Shown here: positions 43,416 to 61,095 of the stretch, piece after piece
Position numbering within the stretch: the stretch's first letter is position 1
Layout of the letters: each line of letters opens with the position of its first letter
NCBI RefSeq assembly: GCF_009914755.1
Contig: NC_060934.1
Reading direction: 5' to 3' (one strand)
Origin: the human T2T-CHM13v2.0 reference genome, Homo sapiens
Length of the DNA: 64,000 nt
Translations under genes and position numbers: made by a program
The notes under the pieces: generated by a model
Databases searched by the model: none
The model's input: only the letters and a program-made list of their open reading frames with translations
Told to the model about the DNA's origin: nothing

Positions 43416-43706
43416 ATAATGTAGTGCTTGCTTATTTTCCCCTTCATGAATAACCCATTAGGACACAAATAATTTATAACTATATTTAACAATTGGAGAA
43501 AAGCGGTCATTATAAATTGTGAGCCAGAGAACCTCCAAAAAAGTCAAGTACGATTCTGCTTTGCTGTTTATAACTCTCCATCTATAAAATGGCAAAAATA
43601 ATAATTGAACCTACTGCATAAGGTAGAAATGAAGTCTAAATTAACACACATAAAACATTTAGAAAAAAACCTTGTACAAAGCACTCAGTGTTAGATGAGA
43701 TTATTA

Positions 43707-44019
43707 AAGTCGTGTGTCACATAACAATGTTCTAGTCAATGACAGATCACATAATCTGAAGGCAGTCTAATGCCTTTTCTGTTTAGATATGTTTAGATGC
43801 ATACTTAGTGTTACAGTTGTCTACAGTATTCAGCATGGTAACATGCTCTATAGGTGTGTGTATCATGTGAGCAATAGGCTATATCATATAACCTAGGTGT
43901 GTAGTAAGCTGTACTATCTAGATTTGTATAAGTACACTCTGTGATGTTTGCACAGCTACAAAGTTGCCTAATGAAGCATTTCTCAGAAAATATCCTCATT
44001 GTTAAGTGACACATGATTG
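43707..44019. mobile_element. Tigger3a/MER7-like MITE
   Basis: TIRs agtcgtgtgtcacataacaatg / cattgttaagtgacacatgatt; cctaggtgtgtagtaagct...gtacactctgtgatgtttgcaca. Confidence 0.85.
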
Positions 44020-44685
44020 TGTTTATAAAGCAACATCTGTAGCTGAAAAGCTGTTTGTAAGCCAGCCAGCCCTTTCTCCTCTACTCCTGTCCTGTGGATT
44101 TGGTACTTTCCTTAACAGCCTTCTATATCAAGCCTCAGGCCCTGTATGTATTGCCTTTGCCTTTATAAACCTCCACCGTCCCCCTCACCTCCGAGTTATT
44201 ATCCTTCCCACCACCCCACCACTCCCCAGAATTAAGGGATGTCATGCACTCTCTGAACTCTTTGGGGCTGGTATATGTCTCAGTTCATATTAATTTCTTT
44301 TGAAAGGGAAAAGAAAGAGCCTTCAAAAGGTGTACAGATACTATTGCCAGAGTAGCAACTTCTTTTGGCATAGTGTTTGGAAATTAACTATTTTTAGTTA
44401 AAGTTGAAGAAGAGTAGAGAAAGATCAACAGAAGATGAATGAGGAAGTAGGTGGAGATGAGAAAGCTCTGAGAAGCTTTGATTTCCCTATTTTTTCTCCT
44501 TTTTTTATAGTTTTGTAGTTAACTCTGAGTGAAGAATCCCTTCTTGAGTGGTAAAATGTTATACTGGTGAGCTATATGAATAACTACTTACTCTTAAGTT
44601 GATATTTGTAACTTGGAGGATATCTGTGTGACATTCTAGTGAGCCATCAAAAAACATTTTTTGAAATAATGAAATGAATGTGCCC

Positions 44686-45410
44686 TTTTTTTTTGCTTTA
44701 GAGACTGCATTTATTCATTTACTTTTTTCTTTTTTTTTATTACACTTTAAGTTTTAGGGTACATGTGCACAACGTGCAGTTCTGTTACATATGTATACAT
44801 GTGCCATGTTGGTGTGCTGCACCCTTTAACTCATCATTTAATATTAGGTATACCTCCTAATGCTATCCCTCCCCGCCCCCCCACAACAGGCCCGGGTGTG
44901 TGATGTTCCCTTTCCTGTGTCCATGTGTTCTCATTGTTCAGTTCCCACCTACGAGTGAGAACATGCGGTGTTTTGTTTTTTGTCCTTGTGATAGTTTGCT
45001 GAGAATGATGGTTTCCAGCTTCATCCATGTCCCTACAAAGGACATGAACTCATCATTTTTTATGGCTGCATAGTATTCCATGGTGTATATGTGCCACATT
45101 TTCTTAATCCAGTCTATCATTGTTGGACATTTGGGTTGGTTCCAAGTCTTTGCTATTGTGAATAGTGCCGCAATAAACATACGTGTGCATGTGTCTTTAT
45201 AGCAGCATGTTTTATAATCCTTTGGGTATATACCCAGTAATGGGATGGCTGGGTCAAATGGCATTTCTAGTTCTAGATCCCTGAGGAATCACCACACTGA
45301 CTTCCACAATGGTTGAACTAGTTTACAGTCCCACCAACAGTGTAAAAGTGTTCCTATTTCTCCACATCCTCTCCAGCACCTGTTGTTTCCTGACTTTTTA
45401 ATGATCGCCA
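44686..45410 (-). mobile_element. 5'-truncated L1PA (3' ~690 bp) carrying a short 3' transduction
   Basis: ORF 44938..45264 = ORF2 C-terminus; two A tails on the minus strand; TSD AATGAATGTGCC at 44673-44684 and 45410-45421. Confidence 0.95.
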
Positions 45411-47658
45411 ATGAATGTGCCTTTTAAAAATAGAAATTATTGAGATTTTACCAATTCAGCTGAATTGAAAAAGTCAGTCTGAAATTTGAGTCTGCTTAAT
45501 GTATTTCAAATTAACTTGGTTTTGTTCTAGATGTTTTTGTTAAAAAAAAAGAACAAGACTCTTAATTGATTGAGAATTTTGACTGGATCAAATTGCATAT
45601 TTTAAAAGTAGTATTTTACTGTATAACCATAATGTATTCATGTATTTTTATCTTTTCCTATATTATAAAATAAATGAATAAAATCTCTAATGCCACCTTG
45701 CCTTCCTAGTGATAAATGAACTGAAATTTCTGAGCTTCAGGACTAATGTTTGTAGGGCTAATTTTCAGTCATCTATATGATCAATTGCGTTGATTTTTTT
45801 TTGTGACAAAATTTTGTTTCAGAATCCACATCCTTATTTCCTAGTCTCCATTTAAAGATATGATTTATATAACTTAAACCAATTCCACTTGGGCTGGTGC
45901 TATTTAGGTTGGGAGGGAAGTTTGTACCTTGAAAGTAGCTGACTTTTCATATCTTAGTAGAAGGATGTAGAACAAAGTCAGCATTTCATGATTTTGTAAC
46001 CCACCATCCTAATAGGGAACTGTGAAAAAAAACCATACAAAAAGAGAAACAAAATATCTTTACCCAGGATCAAGGCCTAAAATAGTCTCTTTGTAGACTG
46101 TAAATTATATCGTTGGCTCCAGGATGGCTCTGATTGGTAGTTTAGGTCAGTTTATTAAAAATTGGTAAAGTAGGGTATCTTAAATGTTTTCTATTTTAAC
46201 TTGAAACCTATAAATATATGTTTATTTATCAGTCTTTTGTCATAATAACCTTTGCTCAGTATCTCAGGAAGCTACTCATTCTTTTGAAAAAGTAGTTTTT
46301 ATATGCATCACAGATTCTTGGACTCATTGAGACTAAAGGGTGAATTTTATAGACATAGACGTTCAATTTAAAATATTTTAATTCAGAAACTCTAAGATAG
46401 TGAGATACGGCTTTTAAAGCATTTCGTGATGGAACAGCCAGCACTTACTCCTTTTTTCAAGGATTGGGTTAGAATGTGAAGAAAAATGTTGATCTTGTAA
46501 GGCAACTTTTGGAGTATAGAGGATGATCAAAGTAAATTTTACCAGAATTTTGAATATAGTACCACTTGTTAGTCAATTCAGAAGCGATGATGGAAAACCA
46601 TGGTTGTTATTCTTATTGGCATTGGTAGAAAAATATGACGAAGAAATTGGAAATTTAAGATTCAGTCTGTTCCTCAATAGAGGTTGAAAGTAGGAACTCA
46701 TGTATTCAAATAAAATTTAAAATAAGGTTGAAAATATTTAACTATATGTTAATAGCAGAACAGGTACTCTAAGTGTTTGTCTGTTTAAATATCTTGAGAT
46801 TATTTTATATTATAATCTTACATATAATCTATGTGATTATATCATCAAAAAGACCATTGAAGCCCACATTAGGTACTTGTGAAATAAGATTTTTGGTTAG
46901 TTATTGTAATTACTACGTTTTTCTGCTGTTTGCAACGTTTATTGAATTCGAGTTTAATAAATGTATGGTCAGCCTCTGCCTAGAGAGTCAGGTCTATTAT
47001 TTATTAGGTTGAAATAAATACATATCTATTATTTAAAGGTTGAAATATTTTGAGTATTTCTTTCCCTCAAAGAATTCTTAGTGTTTTTCCCTGTGTTCTC
47101 TATTTGTACTTATCTTCAATCTGGAACAGCTGGTTGAGTATCCCACTACTATTCCTCAACACCCCCAGCCCACTGTTTGTAGGCTGGCCACATTCCAGGC
47201 CATCATCTTTAGTGTTCTCCTGTAGGACTCATAGATAACGTATACAAAACTCAGTAATAGCTGTGGTCCAAATTTCAGAAGGTTTGTAAAGTAATGTTCT
47301 TTAACGTTTAATTTAGTCTGGAGTTTGGTGTCGTATTAAATACCCAGTAACTTCTTGATTTGATTCTCTAATATTAATCATTTTGCCATTGCACAAAATG
47401 ATGCCCGTTTTTTTTCTCATGAAAGTCTTAGGTTGTAAGATTTCTCTTGTATGAGCTGATGTGGGGCAACCAGTGTTTTGAGGATTGACTTTTATTATTC
47501 TATCAATGTGTGAAAATGTCTGATTAATTTCATGTCATCTCAAGTATAACGTGTCAAGAGCACAATTATTTTACAAACAAGAGACTTATTAGACCAAGGA
47601 ATTTTTTTCTATGTTGTTTAAGCTTTTATGATTACAAAAAAAAAAAAAAAGAAAATCA

Positions 47659-47965
47659 GGCTGGGTGCAGTGGCTCACATTTGTAATCCCAGCACTTTGG
47701 GAGGCCGAGGCAGGTAGATCATGAGGTCAGGAATTCAAGACCAGCCTGATCAACATGGTGAAACCCCATCTCTACTAAGAATACAAAAAAAAAAAAAGCT
47801 GGGCATGGTGGCATGTGCCTATAATCCCAGCTACTCAGGAGGCTGAGGCAGGAGAATCAGTAGAACCAGGAGGCAGAGGTTGCAGTGAGCCGAGATCGTG
47901 CCACTGCACTCCAGCCTGGGCGACAGAGCAAGACTATATCTCAAAAGAAAAAAAAAAAAAGAAAA
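47659..47965 (+). mobile_element. AluS (Sg-like)
   Basis: Full Alu; TSD AAAAGAAAATCA on both sides. Confidence 0.95.
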
Positions 47966-48754
47966 AAAGAAAATCAGTCTACTATGCCTCCTTTTGGCAA
48001 AAGAGAATTTATTGGAATGAGGCACATAGATTGGAAGCAGAAAGCAAAGGAACAGAGACTGGCTGTTTTTTGTGCCTCTGCTATTCTCTTTTAGCTAGTC
48101 AGTCTTTTCTATATTCCCCTGTCTAAAATCTGGAAAGACTTCTGATTGACATACTAGGAAGCATCAATGTCCATCATGCCAAGCCAGCTAATACATGGCT
48201 ACCCTAATTGCAGATGGGTTGCCCCTTAGTTGAGTGCCTACCTCAGCTCTAGTCCACAGCCATTCCTGCACAAAGAATAACAGCAATGCTATGGGGACCA
48301 TGAGTGGGGCAATTTAAATATAAGGGAACATTAGATGGCAGCCATGGTAATGTGCATAGTAGATCTTCCCTCAAACCTTTGCATTCTTCCCCCCCTCAGG
48401 CTTTTTTCCCCTTCAGTAAAGCTTCTGAGTCATCCTTGCTCATTGCTTTCATTTTCTAACTTCCCATTCATTTGTCAATTTATTTTGTATAGTCCGTGCC
48501 ACCACCATTACCCTAAATCTGTTACCTCAGCTGTCCTCAAGATTCATAGTTGCCCATTTCCGTTAGGCACATTTTAGACCTAACCACTCTTCATTATTTA
48601 ACATTATTGACCTTTTTTTTTTCTTGAAACTTTATCCTCCCATATTTTTAACACATCACTTTCTTCTGGATTTCTTTGGTCATTCATTCTTAATCTCCTT
48701 TGCCAGCTCACATCATACATGCCAATATTTCCCACAGTTCTGTCCTTATATTAT

Positions 48755-48974
48755 CAGTTGTGTCCAATCTTTTGGCTTCCCTGGGCCACATTGGAAGAAT
48801 TGTCTTGTGTCACACATAAAATACACTAACACAAACTATGGCTGATGAGCTAAAAAGAAAAAATCACAAAAAAAATTTATAATGTTTTAAGAAAGTTTAT
48901 GAATTTGTGTTGGGCCGCATTCAAAGCCATCCTGGGCTGCATGCACCCTGGGGGCTGTGGGTTGGACAAGCTCG
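48755..48974. mobile_element. MER30 (hAT-Charlie MITE)
   Basis: gtgtccaatcttttggcttccctgggccacattggaagaa...gggccgcattcaaagcc...gggttggacaagct. Confidence 0.9.
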
Positions 48975-51900
48975 TTATAGGTTTTCTGTTGATATATTAC
49001 AATAACCCTGTTATAAAAATTCATTATTTCATCATGCGAAGCATACTTTTGCCTAGTGAGCATTGGTTCCTTTAGTAGTTACTCACAAATCATGTTGATA
49101 AAACCCAGTCTAGAATTTTCTTCAAAGATGCCCTCTTCTATACAGTGAGGTGTCAAAATATGCCTATTCTTCTGAAATTTGAAGAAAGCATTTTACATTG
49201 TTTATTTCACTTACTTTATAATTTATGGGAGGGTTTGTTCATTTTCATTATGCTTCAGACTTACACCTGAAATCGCTGTTAACAATTTGGTCATTTCTTG
49301 GCCCAGGCTGTCATTCCTCTTCATTCCCTATTATTACTATCTCTATTCAAATTTCATTTCTTCCAGTAGGCCTGGTTTAGCTTCCAGTATTTCTGCCCTT
49401 TATTCTATTCCCTAGACTGCTACCATAGTGATTTTTTTCTAAAATACAGATATGATCATGTCATATCTTGCTTAGAAGTCCTCAATGATTTTTCTCTATC
49501 TCTGTTCAGGATAGAATCTATACTCTGTAGCCTGAAGGCCTCATAATATGGCCACTACCTACCTTCCCAGTCATATCTTGCTGGACCATTCTCCCTTTCT
49601 GATTCTATATTCCAACTACACTGCTCCCTAAATACTACTGTTGCTTAGTCTTAGATAACATTCATGACAGTTGTCAATGAAAAAATGCCTTCTATGTGTT
49701 AAATTATTGTAGATGTTTACAGCTAAGTTAACAAAGGTCTGTTGCTGAGGGACCATTTATTATACAAGCACGGCTAACCTTATTTTACAAATTGGTTACT
49801 TTCTTATAACTGTCAAATTTGTGTGTCCAATTTGGCATTTGTTCGCACTATTATTAAGATTTTCTGACAACAAAATATACAAGTAAGCAAACTTAGCCCC
49901 AGTCATTAATAAAATTCTTATTTAAGCATCCTAATACATATAATAAGGAATGATTTACTTTTTCAAATATGTAACCTGTTTATATTTCATTTTCCTAATC
50001 AACACACTAGTTTTGTGTACCTGAACAAACTGCTTTAATTTACCAATATTATGCAAATTACATAATTTACTGACTATTTTATGGAAAGGTATTGTGTATC
50101 ACTGTCTTACCTCTCTTTTCAATTTTCTCTCTTATCTTTGAGACTGTAAATCCACTAGACATTAGAACTGATAGTTGTTGAATAACTGTTAATTGAATTC
50201 TTAATTTTTATTGTTTGGAGATCCCACAAGTGAACTAAGCAATATTCTTTGAGACTTCTTTTATTAAGAAGAGGTGAAGGAAGGGGGAAGAAAAGAAAAT
50301 GTTAGTCTTTCCTAGATGGTTTAGGACATGAGAAGTTTCCCTAAAGTACACTTAGTTGTTCTGCTTATGTAATATTCTCTGGTTAGGTGAATTGCTCCTA
50401 AAGCGATTAAATTTAACTCAACATACATCTATAAAAGTAGAGATTACATCAGCCACAAAGGGTTGTTGTGAAAATAGGCTGATGTGTTCAACACACGTAC
50501 TGTCACATGTTAAGCCCTTAATTAGTGACAGCTGCTATAGTGGGAGACTGTAATATAAGTGTTAAGAATACAGATTTCATGGTCATTCAAACTGGAGTTT
50601 GAATCCTGGCTTCCCATTTATCAGCTCTGTGAACATGGGCATGGAAATTCAATTTCCCCATCTATAAAATGGGGTGTAAATACATATAGGAATGTTATAA
50701 TGTATTAAAGTAGGTACTGTAGTAGTAGGTGTATAACAAGTACTCAACAAATGACTTGTTTCCTAACACAGAAATATTAACCCAGACATTACTGAGCTGA
50801 AATCTGGCCAAGAATCAAGGACCAAGCAAAAACAAATTACAATAAAATCTATGAACAGGCAAAAATGTCACACCAAAAAAATGCATATGTGTTTTTACTT
50901 TACTCATGGAAGTGTCCCTCAGGTTCCCATGTAGTGTCCATTACATCTCCATTGCTTGTTAGGTCACTTTAGGTGAGTCTCAGACAGTTCCACTTTCCTT
51001 TCTGTGAAATGAAGGAGTTAACTAATTTCTAAAAGTCTATTAATTCTAGAGACTTCTTAATTCTATGTGTATAGTGTCTGAAATTTATTCTCTTTGGGCT
51101 CTTTTATATTAATTTCTTTAAAAAGTAAATTTAAAGTGTAGCACCTATGCACAAGATTCACTGTATGACAAGCTCTGTGATGAACTTCTAGTCCAGCATG
51201 AAGGGCCAACATTAGAATGATTATAATTTTAGTGGAACAATGTAAATAAATTAGAAGAATAAATAAGAATGATTGGTTTTATAGAAATGGTGAACACTGG
51301 AAAAAGCTTCAGAAACAAGTTATGATAGGCTATTCTGCAGTTACAAATTAGCCCCAAGTTTCAGTGTTTGAAAACTATTAAGGTTTATTATTGCTAATGA
51401 TATAGTCTAACATTGGTCAGGATTGGCTCTGTTTCACATAGTCACTCAAGAACCCAAGCTAACAGATGCTCTAACATGTCAACTCAGCCTGGATGGTTGC
51501 CACAGTCGAGGAAAAGAGAGAAGAGCTAGAGTTTTGCCCCAGTCTTAAATGCATTGGTACTTTCTGACTCAGAAATGACAGACGTCTTTTCCACTTGTGG
51601 CCTGTTAGAATGAATCAGATGGCTCTACCTAACTGCAAGAGAATGGGGAATTTAGTGAGCATAAATGCTTCTGCTATATTATATGAGTGAATTCTGAAAA
51701 GGTAAATGGCAATCAGTCTGGTGAATTAAGAAGGAGGAGATGAAAAAGAAACTCTTCCTCTACTGTGAAAGTGAAGACGTTACCTTTAGAATTTAAAAGT
51801 GGATGTTAAAAGAAGTTAACTACTGTATTCTCTTAAGCATCTGGAAATTGGAACATAGTATAAAAAGATCCCAGAGAGCTGAGAATAAGCCCTGAGGCAG

Positions 51901-52635
51901 CTCTATAGTTTAATCTTGCGCTTCAAAGTATGTGTGAAGATTTTTTGTATAATTACAAAATACTGATTAATTAAATAAGTACTATGAATTTTATAGAGTT
52001 GTTATTTTGTGAAAGATGTGATAATGGATAGATTCCATGTTTTAGAAGATTGCTATTACCTGTGCCTAAGGATCCCAAGTGCTTAGCACTACTTCTAAAA
52101 AAAAATTCTGGTATGCCCAATCACAGTGCTTAGAAAAACATAAACTCTAAAGGGTTATCTTTTTACCTGAACTTGTAAAGTTGCATCAAATGAGAGGATA
52201 GCCTTCAGTGAATCAGCCTGTAAGGTATCACATGCATCCTATTTATTAAAAATAATATTTATGGAGGTCACAAAAATAGTATTATTTAAATACACAGTTA
52301 AAATTGTAGTTAACATTAATGGAGGGTGTATAATGTGCAAGGAACAATGCTAATTATGTGCATTATCTCTGTTAAATCTTACAGTAAATCTATAAGATAG
52401 GTACTGTTGTTATTCCCATTTCCAAACTTCTCAATTTGTAATTGGATAGATAATAAGGCTGTTTTATATGTGAGACAGTTAAGTCCTAGAAAAGGTAAGT
52501 CAAATTTATATACGTTTTTATCTATTATCTACTCGTCATCAAATTAAAATCTCTTATAAATGTTTGTGATTTTTGCAATAAAATAATTTATAGGTAGTAG
52601 GAAGTATACTGCAATGTTAACTTTTCTGTTTTCAG

Positions 52636-52765
52636 GGTTTGGACAGAGGAGCCAAAGGCCAAATTTCCACTTTCAGCAGTTTTATTTCAGCTGTTAGCCC
52701 GAAGAAAGAAGCTGCTGAAAACAGAAGTTCACCTGCACATCTTGTTTTCCCTAACATCAAGAATG
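52636..52765 (+). CDS. HECTD2: HECTD2 coding exon 2 (130 nt)
   Basis: Acceptor TTAACTTTTCTGTTTTCAG|G; in frame with exon 1: GLDRGAKGQISTFSSFISAVSPKKEAAENRSSPAHLVFPNIKN+1 nt; donor ATG|GTAAAT. Confidence 0.95.
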
Positions 52766-54422
52766 GTAAATAATTTTTAAATATATTTTGGCTAAAAGTA
52801 TATTTTTAAATTATTTTTAAAAGTAGACATTAATTATTCAGCATTGTTCTGATAGGTCTAGTTAATACAACAAAAAGAAGCTGTATACGTATTTACCAGA
52901 AGCAGCAAAATCTTTATTTTTAGGTGAATGTTACCTAGAGTAAGAGAATGAAATACAAAACTCGTGAATAATAAGCAAATTTGATTAAAGAGGTGGCTAC
53001 ATTATAAATAAAATAATATACATATATATTTTCTATATTTTATAAATGTATGTATACAAATATGTAATGGATATCCCATATTTGAGCAATAATCAATTAG
53101 AAGACTTTATGGAAAATATATGAAATACATAAAAATAAACCTAAAAGGAAATGTGTAAAATCTATTTGGAGAAAGCTATAAAACTGTTATCTAAAGACCA
53201 AAAGGTAGTTTGAATGGAAAAGCTTATAGATGTTATAACGATATAACATAGGTAAAAAGATAAATGGAAAAAATGTACATTATTTATAGTAGTGATATTG
53301 GAAGCAATCTATATTAGTTAACTAAATTATGTTAATCTATACTGCAAATACTATGCTTCTATTAAGAAGAATATGATATGTATGTAAAGTGACTGGGAGA
53401 AATGCCCACAATACATTGTAAAATGAAAAAAGTAAGTTACATCATTATAGGTAGAATATGAATCCAACGTTTTTAAGTGCAGGGAATCCTTTTGTACTTT
53501 GAGCATAGAGGGGTGCTTACCGATCTGTTAATGGTTTCCTCAGGGAGGTAGAATTGTGTATATATTATTAATGTTTCTTATGTAACTCTATATTGTTTTA
53601 TCACGGGAAATGTACATTACTTAAATACTTCTAAGTGCCACTCACTTTGTAACAAGACAAAACAAACCTTCAAAGGTTTAAATGCCCCTCACACCCTAAC
53701 CAAACAAAACAAACCTAGAAATATTTAAGGACATAGTTTCTGGTAAATCACCCATGTCCATAAGCTGCATGTGGTATAAATTATTCTTGCATAGAGATTT
53801 TCTGTTTGACACTCTAAGCCAGTGCTAGACCTATTCTACATTCTTATAGGTTAGTATTTTTATTGCCTCATTTTTGAACATTTACCTTTGATAACTTCTT
53901 TCTTTTATTTGCATACAAACATACACACACACACACACAAGCACACACACACCCCTCCGTCACGCCAATATTGCCCTAAGGAGGCACCTTTTAGTTCACA
54001 CTCTAATTTCTATCTACTCCATTATTTCTATACTAATATCTTCATCTCTGAAGTCAGTTCGCCAACTCGTATGCCTACAAGTTTTTGATTGGCCATATTG
54101 ACTCTCAATATGGTCCACTTATTTGAGCTTCCATCAATGTGTGCTTCCTTCTCATCTGTGCCAGTCTTGTGGAATCTGGACTTAACCCAACTTGAACTTG
54201 GGGTATTTTTTTTTATTATTATACTTTAAGTTTTAGGGTACATGTGCACAATGTGCAGGTTAGTTACATATGTATACATGTGCCATGCTGGTGTGCTGTA
54301 CCCATTAACTCGTCATTTAGCATTAGGTGTATCTCCTAATGCTATCCCTCCCCCCTCCCCCCACCCCACAACAGTCGCCAGAGTGTGATGTTCCCCTTCC
54401 TGTGTCCATGTGTTCTCATTGT

Positions 54423-58275
<3,853 letters not shown>

Positions 58276-58338
58276 TATGATGTTAGCTGGTTATTTTGCT
58301 CGTTAGTTGATGCAGTTTCTTCCTAGTCTCGATGGTCT

Positions 58339-59285
58339 TTACATTTTGGCATGATTTTGCAGCGGCTGGTACAGGTTGTGCCTTTCCATGTTTAGTGCTT
58401 CCTTCAGGAGCTCTTTTAGGGCAGGCCTGGTGGTGACAAAATCCCTCAGCATTTGCTTGTCTGTAAAGTATTTTATTTCTCCTTCACTTAGGAAGCTTAG
58501 TTTGGCTGGATATGAAATTCTGGGTTGAAAATTCTTTTCTTTAAGAATGTTGAATATTGGCCACCACTCTCTTCTGGCTTGTAGAGTTTCTGCCGAGAGA
58601 TCTGCTGTTAGTCTGATGGGCTTCCCTTTGTGGGTAACCCAACCTTTCTCTCTGGCTTCCCTTAACATTTTTTCCTTCATTTCAAGTTTGGTGAATCTGA
58701 CAATTATGTGTTTTGGAGTTGCTCTTCTCAAGGAGTATCTTTGTGGAGTTCTCTGTATTTCCTGAATCTGAATGTTGGCCTGCCTTGCTAGATTGGGGAA
58801 GTTCTCCTGGATAATATCCTGCAGAGTGTTTTCCAACTTGGTTCCATTCTCCCCGTCACTTTCAGGTACACCAATCAGACGCAGATTTGGTTTGTTCACA
58901 TCGTCCCATATTTCTTGGAGGCTTTGTTCATTTCTTTTTATTCTTTTTTCTCTAAACTTCCCTTCTCACTTCATTTCATTCATTTCATCTTCCATCACTG
59001 ATACCCTTTCTTCCAGTTGATCGCATCGGCTCCTGAGGCTTCTGCATTCTTCACGTGGTTCTCGAGCCTTGGCTTTCAGCTCCATCAGCTCCTTTAGGCA
59101 CTTCTGTGTATTGCTTATTCTAGTTATATATTCTTCTAAAATTTTTTCAAAGTTTTCAACTTCTTTGCCTTTGGTTTGAATTTCCTCCTGTAGCTCGGAG
59201 TAGTTTGATTGTCTGAAGCCTTCTTCTCTCAACTCTTCAAAGTCATTCTCCGTCCAGCTTTGTTCCATTACTGGTGAGGAACTGC
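58339..59285 (-). pseudogene. Disrupted L1 ORF1 (coiled coil, RRM, CTD)
   Basis: ORFs 58966..59304 and 58339..58899 (NLRLIGVPE...YPAKLSF...QPLQNHAKM), frameshifted and lacking the N-terminus. Confidence 0.92.
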
Positions 59286-60569
59286 GAAGTTGGGGTATTT
59301 GCATAAATGACTCTGACTCGATGAGTAGACCTTTTAGCAGACTTCCTTTATCTTATTAGAACTCCTGGTACTGAATTTTCCTAGCTGTTCTATCTGGATG
59401 CCACCTGAATTCAGGTGTGGCATGGAGTTTATTTGTTAAGGGCACTGCAGAGTAATTCTTTTATTGAATAGAAAGTTAGGCTACATCTTCCAAATGTAAG
59501 CATGTTTATAGTTTCTTGATGTTTTGGGAAGCCTCTCTTACTTGCCAATAAGATTGTTTTTTCAAAGATGCCTCATTCTTGGCAGTTATTATAATTTTCC
59601 TCCCTCTTCTCTGGTAGTAGGACCTATGCTGGGTATTCTCTAACAGCTTGTTTGCCCGTCTGATCTTCAAGTGATATTAGGGAAACTGCAAAAACCCAGC
59701 GTGGGTTCACCTAACAGCTGAGGAATGCCTTTCCTCCCTGTGGATCACATGACTAGGTATGCCTGTCAAATTGACTGTCCTTTTAAAAATAAGTGAGAAG
59801 TGTAGGAGTTTTACCTACTGTAACAGCTGCTAGTGATGATATCTCTTCAGAGAAACAACCTGGATGATAAATGATAGAGGAGAGGAGGTTAGCACTACAT
59901 CCTCCCTTACTCTCTTGTGTCTTCCTTTCTAAAGTTATGATGCCCCTTTCACACTTAATTGAAACATTTTTAAGTAGCACAGAATATCTTTAAAAGAAAT
60001 GAAGCAATTCTTCCCCAAACTTTAAAAAAAAAAATCTTTCCAGCCTAGGTAGTTCAGAAAAGAGTAGCTATGAACTCTGACATTTACCTTGAGAGCAAGC
60101 TCATAGCCAGCTCAGGCCATTTCATGAGTTTAGTAGAACCTTGATATGACATAATGAATTCTGTAGTTTTTACACCCCCTAGAGAAAAGCATACTGTGAT
60201 CTTTGTCACCCTGAAATAGCCAGGGAAGAACAAGTGGTCTTCAGCTGAAATCGCAATTGGATCTGTGTGTGAGTCCTGTGATCTTCACAGGTCAAGTACT
60301 CCAGAGTTTTACATTTTCTCTAAGAGCAACTTGAGGGGCAGGTGTTAGAAGAAGCATAGCACAGGGCTTGCTATTTGTGGAAAGCAAAGGACTTGCCACG
60401 TAAGGATTCCTACCTTAGAAGAAGTATTTTCAAGGCCCAAATAACTCCATCTACAGGTTTCCTTAAAGAATGAACTGATTTTAGACTAAATCTCTAAGAT
60501 CTTTCCCTAGGTCAGAGTGGGTAACTTGGATTTGACTTTTCTTAACTGTTCCTATGGGAAGAGTTATTT

Positions 60570-61095
60570 TTTCTTTTTTATATTAAAGATAACTTTTTAT
60601 TGAATAGGTAACACATCTATTTGTTTCAAAAGTCAAAACTATAAAAATAAATATGTTTCAGACATCTCACTTTCACTCTCTTTTCTGTTATCTCTTGTAT
60701 TCTTTCCTGTGGTTTTTTAGGCAAATGCAAGCAAATATAAATAAATATTCTCATTTTCCACCTTTGGTGGGTAACTATGTATGCATTGTCCAGAACCTTG
60801 CTTTTTGTCCAGTTCATGTATTCTAGATATCTTTCTGTATCAGTACATAGAAAACTTCTTTATTATTTTTTACAAATATATTCCATTGTATTGGATGTAC
60901 ATTTGTATTGAAGTAAGTAAACTGGATTTATTTACTCAGATTCCTATTAAAATAAATGATTTGTGTTCATTATTTTGTTATTGCAGACAATGCCACAATG
61001 AATGACTCTGTACATATGTCGCTTTGTTCATCTGCAGGTTTATCTATAGGATATTTCTAGATGTGGGGTTGTTGGGCCCAGGAGTAAATGCATGT
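60570..61095 (-). mobile_element. Old L1ME-type 3' fragment
   Basis: tattccattgtattggatgtac...ttttgttattgcagacaatgccacaatgaat...tttctagatgtggggttgttggg. Confidence 0.55.

Noticed and set aside
59300-60560. Mixed-composition stretch considered as a processed pseudogene or extra HECTD2 exon
   Set aside because: No ORF with recognisable homology, no poly(A)/TSD pair, and the expected exon-3 peptide (VREPPPICL..., from memory) was not found. Left unassigned.
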